Below the pieces are notes generated by a model. It saw only the letters and a list, made by a program, of their open reading frames with translations, did not search any database and was not told the origin of the DNA. A program made the translations under genes and the position numbers. From an uncultured Desulfobacteraceae bacterium (GTDB taxonomy: Bacteria > Desulfobacterota > Desulfobacteria > Desulfobacterales > UBA11574), in NCBI GenBank assembly GCA_964539365.1, contig CAZIIV010000001.1, positions 12,637 through 76,636 on the forward strand: DNA of 64,000 bases, written 5' to 3'. Position 1 is the first letter of the stretch. Each line of letters opens with the position of its first letter. This document shows positions 37,537 to 45,140 of this stretch, piece after piece.

Positions 37537-37674
37537 TCAGACTTTATTTTTTGATTTTTGTTGCTTTTTAAGACATTTTTTATCTTTTCTGACGATAGCA
37601 CAGAGTTTTGGATTATAAAGCTCTTTACAGTTATCGTGATTATACAATGGGCATTCTGGATACTTTTTTGACAT
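37537..37674 (-). CDS. Hypothetical small Cys-containing basic protein (below the ORF-track cut-off)
   Basis: 45 codons 'MSKKYPECPLYNHDNCKELYNPKLCAIVRKDKKCLKKQQKSKNKV'. Weak AAGGA RBS. Lies just downstream of the H1-like gene on the same strand. Confidence 0.35.
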   Translation of the reverse strand: MSKKYPECPLYNHDNCKELYNPKLCAIVRKDKKCLKKQQKSKNKV

Positions 37675-37707
37675 AAATCTTTTTATTCCTTCTGATTGCC
37701 GCTCGGT

Positions 37708-38058
37708 TTATGCCTTTTTATAAACTCCCTTTTCTACACTCTTAATCTTTCCTTGCTTCTTGAGTTTATAAATAATATTGTAAGTTTTTTTCTGATCAAA
37801 TTCGGTCTTTTTCATCAACTCAGCGACATTCACACCCTTTTTGCTTCTTTTAATAACTGCGAACGTTGTATCCGCTGCTGTTAATTTGACGGGTTTCTTT
37901 GCGGCAGGTTTTTTAACAGCAACCTTTTTGGCGGCTTTTTTCTTGACGGTTTTTGGCTTTTCGAGCTTACTTGCTGCAACAATAATTTTATCAACTTTTT
38001 TTGACAGTGCGTTTAGATCCTTGTTAACGGACTGCAAACTCTTTTTAAGATTTTTCAT
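37708..38058 (-). CDS. Histone H1-like Lys/Ala-rich nucleoid protein with C-terminal winged-helix-like region
   Basis: 'KPKTVKKKAAKKVAVKKPAAKKPVK' low-complexity basic tract, followed by 'FAVIKRSKKGVNVAELMKKT...IIYKLKKQGKI'. AGGAGG RBS. Confidence 0.7.
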   Translation of the reverse strand: MKNLKKSLQSVNKDLNALSKKVDKIIVAASKLEKPKTVKKKAAKKVAVKKPAAKKPVKLTAADTTFAVIKRSKKGVNVAELMKKTEFDQKKTYNIIYKLKKQGKIKSVEKGVYKKA

Positions 38059-38091
38059 TTCTGGGTTCCTCCTTTGGGTTTTGGAAATTAC

Positions 38092-38433
38092 CTAGCAAGA
38101 CAAATGAAAACCGGCGGAAACATTTTCACCTTTATGAAAAAGACGGTTGAACGTTTTATAAGCATTGGATGTTTTTTCTTCGATCAATTCAATTCCATTG
38201 TTTTTTAAAAACTTGCGCAACGCTTCGGTCGATTTCATCTGTCCCGGCGAACCTTTGCCAAGTACCAAAATGTCAGGTTTGGATTTCAAAATATCTTGAA
38301 TATCGTCAACATCAACAAAATGCCCTCTTTTTCTCCACCATTCAGGAACTACTTTTCCCTGAATGATTTTAACGTCATTACTGTAACTCACACCGTTTAT
38401 GACCATATGTCCAAAAGAATATTGTTCGATCAT
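38092..38433 (-). CDS. Mth938-like (DUF498) domain protein
   Basis: 'YSFGHMVINGVSYSNDVKI...PDILVLGKGSPGQM...GIELIEEKTSNAYKTFNRL' fits the Mth938/NDUFAF3-like pattern. Confidence 0.7.
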   Translation of the reverse strand: MIEQYSFGHMVINGVSYSNDVKIIQGKVVPEWWRKRGHFVDVDDIQDILKSKPDILVLGKGSPGQMKSTEALRKFLKNNGIELIEEKTSNAYKTFNRLFHKGENVSAGFHLSC

Positions 38434-38458
38434 GATATGTTTAATTATGTGATTTTTG

Positions 38459-38734
38459 TTAACTGTTTACCCGCTCTCTCAATTCTTTTCCGACCTTGAA
38501 GAACGGCAGCTTCTTAGGGTTAACCCGGGTGGGTTTTCCGGTTTTAGGGTTTCTGCCCGCATATGCTTTGTATTTTTTAACGTAAAAAGAACACAATCCC
38601 CTGATTTCAACCCGGTCACCTTTTGCCAAGGCGTTTGACATCTCCTTAAAAAAAAGTTTTACTACTTCTTTTGCTTCTGATTTTGTCAGATCGGTTTTCT
38701 CTCTTAGAGCTTCTGTAAGTTCCAGTTTGTTCAT
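38459..38734 (-). CDS. ihfB: Integration host factor beta-like DNA-binding protein (HU/IHF family)
   Basis: 'RVEIRGLCSFYVKKYKAYAGRNPKTGKPTRVNPKKLPFFKVGKELRERV' matches the IHF-beta arm region. 91 aa with an AGGAGG RBS. Confidence 0.85.
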   Translation of the reverse strand: MNKLELTEALREKTDLTKSEAKEVVKLFFKEMSNALAKGDRVEIRGLCSFYVKKYKAYAGRNPKTGKPTRVNPKKLPFFKVGKELRERVNS

Positions 38735-38769
38735 ATAATCCTCCTGAATTAATTATCAATTAAATCAAC

Positions 38770-38798
38770 ATAATAAAGAATTGATTAAAAATTGTCAA
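38770..38798 (-). promoter_or_regulatory. Candidate sigma70-type promoter of the ihfB-like gene
   Basis: Minus strand: TTGACA (38798-38793), 17-nt spacer, TATTAT (38775-38770), about 35 nt upstream of the start codon. Confidence 0.55.
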
Positions 38799-39195
38799 TG
38801 AATTCTGTATGGTTAATTCAAAACAAAACCCTTAGACTTACAATTTTGCACCAAAAATGGTATGTTTAACACCATCAAACGGACATTCTTAAAGATATGT
38901 TGGATTTTTTTCAACAAGTGCTTATCGCGGAATAATCCGCAATCCATAAGAAGACCTTTTCAGGAAAATGCTTTGAAAAATAAAAAAATATTTTCATGGG
39001 AAGAGATATAAATATTTTTTTAAAAATATAGATAATTAGCTTGCTTCCAGTATAAAGAAGAGTTAATGTCAAAAAGATCATTTAGCCCGGCCTGAAATTG
39101 GCGAGGCAGTTTCTTTCTGAAGGAAAAATCCATTTGTCAAAGTGGCACCCTCCAGTTTGCGACGTTGAAAATTTTTAAGAAAGGAGGATGTTATC

Positions 39196-39396
39196 ATGAC
39201 CAATGGAACTGTGAAGTGGTTTAGCAACCAAAAAGGGTTCGGATTCATTGAACAGGAAAACGGATCGGATGTATTTGTTCATCATTCAGCTATAAATGCA
39301 GACGGTTTTAAATCCCTCAATGAAGGCGACCAAGTTTCCTTTGACATAGAGCAAGGACCAAAAGGTTCTGCTGCAGCCAATGTCACTGTAATCTAA
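39196..39396 (+). CDS. Cold-shock protein (CspA family)
   Basis: '[15 protein letters not shown]' (RNP1) and 'VFVHHSAI' (RNP2). 66 aa with a GGAGGA RBS and a long upstream untranslated region. Confidence 0.93.
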   Translation: MTNGTVKWFSNQKGFGFIEQENGSDVFVHHSAINADGFKSLNEGDQVSFDIEQGPKGSAAANVTVI

Positions 39397-39591
39397 CTTC
39401 CTGTCTCTGACAAAAAAGGGCACTCCTACAGATAGCAATGGAATGCCCTTTCATCATCCATGCTTTTGACATTTACAGATTACAAAAACGGATATCAATA
39501 ACATTCCGTAAAGTCAGCATGAAGGTACTTATTTGATATTCAAATAATAAAACTAACCTGCCCATTTTTTGTGACCATGGAGGACATCAGA

Positions 39592-39933
39592 ATGAATATT
39601 TACATAGGAAATCTATCGTATGAGGTGACGGAAGAGGATTTAAAAGAAGTTTTTGAGGTCTTTGGAGAGGTCAATACCGTCAAGGTTATAAAAGACAATC
39701 ACACTGGCAGATCAAAAGGATTCGGATTTGTGGAGATGCCCGCTAAAGCTGAAGCAGAGTCTGCAATCCAAGGTTTGAACGGGAAGGACCTGAAAGGGCG
39801 AACCCTTAATATCAGTGAAGCCCGCCCTCGCCCTGAAAGCCGCCGAGGTGGCGCAAAATCCGGAAGACCAAGGCGTGGCGGCGGCGGACCAAGGCATGGC
39901 GGAGGAGGTCGGAGCGGAGGACGACGCTTTTAG
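39592..39933 (+). CDS. RRM-type RNA-binding protein with Arg/Gly-rich tail
   Basis: 'NIYIGNLSY' (RNP2), 'KGFGFVEM' (RNP1) and a C-terminal 'RRGGAKSGRPRRGGGGPRHGGGGRSGGRRF'. I place the start at ATG 39592, which has a GGAGGA RBS. Confidence 0.88.
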   Translation: MNIYIGNLSYEVTEEDLKEVFEVFGEVNTVKVIKDNHTGRSKGFGFVEMPAKAEAESAIQGLNGKDLKGRTLNISEARPRPESRRGGAKSGRPRRGGGGPRHGGGGRSGGRRF

Positions 39934-40081
39934 GCGACAGCAACCGGACATAAGCGCCGTAGCGTTCATCTTAGATATAACCAGGTTGGGCGTCTTTTTA
40001 CTCGGTCAGGGCTGCTTTCTTGCGAATAATTTGCACAGCTAACTATTATACTATGGATTTTATTGTTCGCATGGACGGACT

Positions 40082-40927
40082 CTAAACAAGCCCGCAATCA
40101 TTTAAAAATGTTTCGAAATCGCGCCAAAAGATATCCCAGCTCGGGGGGCAGTTGTTATGTCCGCTGTCGTAGGATATGAGTTGACCATTCCGGGCTGCCT
40201 GATAGAGAGAGGCTCCATGCTTATAGGGAATGACATCGTCGAATTTGCCGTGGACAACAAGAACGGGGCCATGATAAGCTTGAACAACGGCAAGACTATC
40301 AAAAGAATCTCTGACAAGGAAATCGGGAACCAGATATTTTGATGCGAACGAACGGACGCTTACAAATGACGACATCAAAATCAGCGCCGCCGAAGGCCGT
40401 TGAGCAGCCAGAGTGCAAACCGCACCGCCCCCTAAAGACCGTCCGAAAAGAATGATTCTGGAGGGATCGACATCCGGTCTTGCAACGAGCATATCATAAG
40501 CACGGATAAATGCTTGGGTGATGTTTTTTTGGCTGGGAGAACCCTTGGATCTCCCATATCCGGGATACTCTACGAGTAATACTCCTATACCGAGATGAGT
40601 AAGGTTTTTAAATTCATGCGGCCAGAAATCGATAAGTTCTCCGTTGCCGTGGGCGAAAATAACCGCAGGCGCCGGTCCTGATACACGGCGGGAAGTTTGC
40701 GGGAGAAACCATGATTCGATTTTTCCGAAACTTGTGGTCACCCAGATTTTTTCCAGACCGGAAATATTTTCAATATGATAAGGGGGTGATAGAAGATAAC
40801 GAGGAAACAGCATTTGTCGCTGAATTACAAAAAGAAAACCGCAATAGACAAGATATAAAAAGAGGGTCACCGTAAGGATTTTGATCAGGATATTCATTTT
40901 CACTCTCTCTTTATTAAAATCCCACAT
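40082..40927 (-). CDS. Alpha/beta hydrolase with N-terminal membrane anchor
   Basis: Nucleophile elbow 'GRSLGG', 'HGNG' oxyanion region, and late 'D...H' ('GKFDDVIP', 'SGHNN'). The start may instead be ATG 40897. Confidence 0.8.
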   Translation of the reverse strand: MWDFNKERVKMNILIKILTVTLFLYLVYCGFLFVIQRQMLFPRYLLSPPYHIENISGLEKIWVTTSFGKIESWFLPQTSRRVSGPAPAVIFAHGNGELIDFWPHEFKNLTHLGIGVLLVEYPGYGRSKGSPSQKNITQAFIRAYDMLVARPDVDPSRIILFGRSLGGGAVCTLAAQRPSAALILMSSFVSVRSFASKYLVPDFLVRDSFDSLAVVQAYHGPVLVVHGKFDDVIPYKHGASLYQAARNGQLISYDSGHNNCPPSWDIFWRDFETFLNDCGLV

Positions 40928-41295
40928 ATTGTGTTATTTTTTACTTGACATACAATATATTCCGTGAAATAAAGAATTATACGTTTTATGACAGACTTAA
41001 AGAAGTCGTGTGATTTTTATTAACCGTCTTATTAAACTTAACATATTCTCTGATAAGAGTCACACTTTTTGGCAGACCTGCTTGTAGAAAGTTGCTCGTT
41101 CTGGCAGGTTTGTTTTTATTTTTAATACTAACCTGTTTGAAAATCAGTCGATTTTCAAGGTTCTTCCGAAAACAGGGTCCTTTGGTCCGGGCCTCTTTAA
41201 TTCCGGCAAACAATTTATTTGCATCTTTTTTACAAATGGTATTGATCAAGATAACTTCCACAAAATTCTGATAATAACCACACAGGAGAAGGGCG

Positions 41296-43782
41296 ATGGG
41301 TTTCAAAGGTAAAATTTTAGTTACGGAACAAGGAACTTTTGATTTAACGAGCTACAAGTGGGATGATCATTTATTTTCAGACAGACTTACTAAAGAAAAC
41401 CCCATTGAAACCAACCAGGCCATGGATATCAGCCGATTTTTGAGGGAAGAAATCGACAGTATGAAAAATCATACCATTACCATGCCGGTCATAGATAAAA
41501 TTATTCAGGCCAAGTTGCTGGAATACGGACTCAAAAATATCTCACCCATTCGTCTGGATAAGTCCATGTTTATAAAAAATGGTTTGAAACTTTCAGAAAA
41601 TGCAAAAAATGTATTAAAAAGAAGATATCTTAAAAAAGACAACAAGGGAAGGGTCATCGAGACTTCCGAAAGAATGTTTAGAAGGGTGGCCCGGCACATC
41701 GCAAAGGCCGAAAAAAACTATGGCAGCGACGCCGATGTGAAAAAAATGGAAAACATTTTTTACAATATGATGACTGAGCTTAAATTTCTGCCAAACTCAC
41801 CGACACTGATGAATGCGGGACGCCAACTGGGTCAACTGGCGGCTTGTTTTGTTCTTCCCATTGAAGACAGTATTGACGGGATTTTTGATTCTTTAAAAAA
41901 TGCCGCCATTATTCATAAATCGGGCGGCGGTACGGGGTTCTCCTTTTCACGTCTGCGACCCAAAGACAGCAGGGTGGGAACAACCGGCGGAATTGCCTCC
42001 GGACCGGTTTCATTTATGAAAATCTTTAACACGGCAACAGAACAGGTCAAACAGGGAGGGACTCGCCGAGGGGCCAACATGGCCATTTTAAGGGTGGACC
42101 ATCCGGATATCACGGATTTTATTTACAGCAAAAAAAATAATAACGAACTGAATAACTTTAATATTTCGGTGGGTGTCACGGATGTGTTTATGAAAGCGGT
42201 TGCAAAAGAGAGCACCTACGACCTGATAGACCCCCGTGAAAATAAAAAGGTCGGAGAGCTGAATGCCGCGGAAGTTTACCAGGCGTTGGTGGAGCAGGCC
42301 TGGAAAAACGGAGATCCCGGCGTCGTATTTTTAGACAGGATTAACCGGGATAATCCAACCCCCGTATTGGGAGAAATAGAGAGCACCAATCCTTGTGGAG
42401 AACAACCGTTGCTTCCAATGGAAGCGTGCAATTTGGGTTCCATTAATCTGGCCAAGTTTGTTACCTATACCAATGGAGAACCGGCCGTCGACTACGAAGC
42501 TTTAAAGGACATTGTCTTTTGGAGTGTTCGCTTTTTGGACAATACGATTGATATGTCCAAATACCCTCTTGCCGAAATCGACGAAATGGTGAGAGGTAAC
42601 CGTAAAATTGGGTTAGGGGTTATGGGGTTTGCAGATTTGCTTTATCAGTTGAAAATCCCTTATAACTCGGAAAGGGCCTTTGAAATAGCCGAAGAAGTGA
42701 TGGGGTTCATTCAAAAAGAATCCCACGAAGCCTCAAAATGTCTGGCTGAAAAAAGAGGGGTTTTTGAAAATTTTGATAAGAGCATTTTTAACAACCAGAA
42801 AGGATGTACCTACCGAAATGCCTCCACGACCACCATTGCACCGACCGGCACATTGAGTATAATTGCGGACTGTTCCAGTGGCGTGGAACCGCTTTTTGCC
42901 TTGAGTTTTGTCAGAAATGTTATGGATAATGACAAATTATTGGAAGTAAATCCATACTTTGAAAAAGTGGCCAGAGAAAGAGGATTTTATAGCAATGAGT
43001 TGATGGATACCATTGCACTTGAAGGGGGCATCCAGCACATTGAGGAAATACCGGAGGATGTTCGCAAGGTTTTTGTAACGGCGCATGATATATCTCCCGA
43101 ATGTCACATTCGGATGCAGGCCGCTTTTCAAAGGCACACCGACAATGCGGTTTCCAAGACGGTCAATCTGCCCGGTGATGCCACCGTGGACGACGTATTA
43201 AAGATTTATAACCTGGCTTACGATCTGGATTGCAAAGGTGTTACCATATACAGGGATGGAAGTAAGGAGAATCAGGTGCTTTCGGTTGCCGGAGCGGGCA
43301 AGCCTGCTGAAATTTCGAATACCACGGTTAAAGAACGTCCGGAAACACTTGAAGGGTTCACTTCCAAAATGAATACGGGAATGGGCCAGCTTTATGTCAC
43401 GGTAACCGAATTGGACGGACATCCTTTTGAGGTGTTTGCCACCATCGGCAAATCCGGGCGGTCCACCACAGCAAAGACCGAAGCCATCGGCAGGCTGGTT
43501 TCTCTGGCTTTCAGATCCGGAGTTCGGGTAGAAAAAGTTGTAGAACAACTAAAAGGTATCGGCGGGGAGCATCCTGTTTTTCAAAAAGGGGGTCTGGTTT
43601 TGTCAATACCGGATGCCATTGGCAGAGTCCTTGAGAAAAGGTATTCGAAAGACGGATCTTATAAAAAGCACGGATACGGCAACAGCCTCCTTGGAGAAAC
43701 CTGCCCGGAATGCGGGAATACCGTCAGTTTTGAAGAAGGCTGTATGATGTGTCATTTCTGCGGTTTTACCAAATGTGGATAA
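41296..43782 (+). CDS. nrdJ: Adenosylcobalamin-dependent ribonucleotide reductase (class II)
   Basis: 828 aa with 'LPNSPTLMNAG', 'ACFVLP', 'GGGTGFSFSRLRP', 'NPCGEQPL' and a C-terminal Cys pair region 'CPECG...CMMCHFCG'. Confidence 0.9.
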   Translation: MGFKGKILVTEQGTFDLTSYKWDDHLFSDRLTKENPIETNQAMDISRFLREEIDSMKNHTITMPVIDKIIQAKLLEYGLKNISPIRLDKSMFIKNGLKLSENAKNVLKRRYLKKDNKGRVIETSERMFRRVARHIAKAEKNYGSDADVKKMENIFYNMMTELKFLPNSPTLMNAGRQLGQLAACFVLPIEDSIDGIFDSLKNAAIIHKSGGGTGFSFSRLRPKDSRVGTTGGIASGPVSFMKIFNTATEQVKQGGTRRGANMAILRVDHPDITDFIYSKKNNNELNNFNISVGVTDVFMKAVAKESTYDLIDPRENKKVGELNAAEVYQALVEQAWKNGDPGVVFLDRINRDNPTPVLGEIESTNPCGEQPLLPMEACNLGSINLAKFVTYTNGEPAVDYEALKDIVFWSVRFLDNTIDMSKYPLAEIDEMVRGNRKIGLGVMGFADLLYQLKIPYNSERAFEIAEEVMGFIQKESHEASKCLAEKRGVFENFDKSIFNNQKGCTYRNASTTTIAPTGTLSIIADCSSGVEPLFALSFVRNVMDNDKLLEVNPYFEKVARERGFYSNELMDTIALEGGIQHIEEIPEDVRKVFVTAHDISPECHIRMQAAFQRHTDNAVSKTVNLPGDATVDDVLKIYNLAYDLDCKGVTIYRDGSKENQVLSVAGAGKPAEISNTTVKERPETLEGFTSKMNTGMGQLYVTVTELDGHPFEVFATIGKSGRSTTAKTEAIGRLVSLAFRSGVRVEKVVEQLKGIGGEHPVFQKGGLVLSIPDAIGRVLEKRYSKDGSYKKHGYGNSLLGETCPECGNTVSFEEGCMMCHFCGFTKCG

Positions 43783-43814
43783 TAATATCTGATCTGAATA
43801 AGACAGAAAAAAGA

Positions 43815-43906
43815 CTAAAGTTTTAGGTTTTAAGATTTAGGTTTTAGAGAATTAAATTTAATCGTTTTAACAGATACTTAAAACTTAATACCTAAAACTT
43901 AAAACA
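43815..43906. repeat. Low-complexity imperfect hairpin element (IVS-type arms, no gene)
   Basis: AAGTTTTAGGTTTTAAGATTTAGGTTTTAG pairs imperfectly with CTTAAAACTTAATACCTAAAACTTAAAAC. It is followed by a perfect 11-bp stem, CGTAAAAAGTC / GACTTTTTACG, at 43909-43938. Confidence 0.45.
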
Positions 43907-43950
43907 TCCGTAAAAAGTCGTATTCTTGACTTTTTACGAGTTCCTCAATC

Positions 43951-44208
43951 ATGCGTATTGATCAAAATCCTCTATTTAGAAAAGTAATCGTTCCCTGGTA
44001 TGACTATAAATCGGTATGTTATGTTGTAATTTTTTTTATGGTCCTTGTGTTCTTATTTGGTTTTGCAGGTATCTTGGCGTCCCGCGAAAACCCAGCGTAT
44101 CATGAGCATGTTTGGGTGCCTGTCCTACTCGTACTCATGAGTGGCGGCGTCATTATTTCCACAACAATCCGCCTGATCAAAAGATATTCCCGCCGGTTTT
44201 CAAAATAA
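43951..44208 (+). CDS. Hypothetical small membrane protein
   Basis: 85 aa with two hydrophobic helices. No clear RBS. Confidence 0.3.
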   Translation: MRIDQNPLFRKVIVPWYDYKSVCYVVIFFMVLVFLFGFAGILASRENPAYHEHVWVPVLLVLMSGGVIISTTIRLIKRYSRRFSK

Positions 44209-44228
44209 ATAATTCATAATAATTCGCT

Positions 44229-44927
44229 TCAGCCGAAAAACACATACAGCTTATTCGTCACAAGAATCAGTCCCACAATAATCAGCAGGATACCCGCGGC
44301 CGCGTTGACATATTGCAAGAAACGGGAAGTTTTTTTAATAACCTTCAGGAGGAGATGAATAAAAACAGACAGGATAATAAAAGGCAAGGCCAGGCCGGCG
44401 GAATAGACGGCAAGGAGCACAATCCCTTGTCGAACCGTTTCCTGACTGCCGGCGATAATGAGAATCGAACCCAGTAAAGGGCCGATACACGGACTCCAGC
44501 CGGCTCCAAACGCCATGCCGATGATAAAAACTCCTAAAAAATGTAAGGGCTTTTTTTTCATATGGATCCGTTTTTCAACATCCAGACCGGGGATACGAAT
44601 GATTCCGGATAGATGGATACCCATAAGGATAATCAAAATACCGCCGACAATTCTTATTGTTTTCCGATAGTTATAAATTAAGCTTCCAAGATAAGATGCG
44701 GATGCGCCCATGAGGATAAAGACCAGGGAGAATCCGCAAACAAATGAGATGGTTATAAAAACCACTTTTTTTCTTGTTTCCGAATTATGGTTTTTGGTCA
44801 ATTCTTCCAGTGAAAAACCCGTAATAAAGGTAAAATATGCGGGTATGAGCGGTAGCACACACGGGGATAAGAACGAGAGAAGTCCAGCGAGAAAGGCTGC
44901 AGGAAATGATATTGCTTGGGTAAGCAT
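44229..44927 (-). CDS. ccdA: Cytochrome c biogenesis / thiol-disulfide transporter CcdA (DsbD transmembrane family)
   Basis: 'LSFLSPCVLPLIPAY' and a second 'WSPCIGPLLGS' Cys motif in a six-TM protein. Confidence 0.88.
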   Translation of the reverse strand: MLTQAISFPAAFLAGLLSFLSPCVLPLIPAYFTFITGFSLEELTKNHNSETRKKVVFITISFVCGFSLVFILMGASASYLGSLIYNYRKTIRIVGGILIILMGIHLSGIIRIPGLDVEKRIHMKKKPLHFLGVFIIGMAFGAGWSPCIGPLLGSILIIAGSQETVRQGIVLLAVYSAGLALPFIILSVFIHLLLKVIKKTSRFLQYVNAAAGILLIIVGLILVTNKLYVFFG

Positions 44928-44939
44928 GTTTTTCCTTGG

Positions 44940-45140
44940 TTACCCTCCCGCAATCATGGGTATCAAAAAAACTTCTGCGTTATCCGGAACCAGAGTTTTT
45001 TCAAAATAAGGCCTGGTGATGTGTTTCTCATTGATACGTATCACCGCATAAAGATGGGAATTGTTAAGATCTTTGAGAAGATTTTTAAGGGTCATTCCTT
45101 GGTACCAGGAATGCTCTTTTCCGTTTATCTTGATCATCAT
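44940..45140 (-). CDS. ThiS/MoaD-family ubiquitin-like sulfur-carrier protein
   Basis: 66 aa ending in 'GG'. Beta-grasp-like sequence. Its start overlaps the AOR stop (ATGA). Confidence 0.7.
   Translation of the reverse strand: MMIKINGKEHSWYQGMTLKNLLKDLNNSHLYAVIRINEKHITRPYFEKTLVPDNAEVFLIPMIAGG

Noticed and set aside
40930-41306. 106-aa minus-strand ORF, possible NrdR boxes and possible cobalamin riboswitch upstream of nrdJ
   Set aside because: The ORF has no RBS and an odd composition. 'ATACAATATATTCCGT' only partly matches the NrdR-box palindrome as I recall it, and I found no convincing second box. I could not find a B12-box-like sequence. cmsearch and NrdR PWM scans would be needed.
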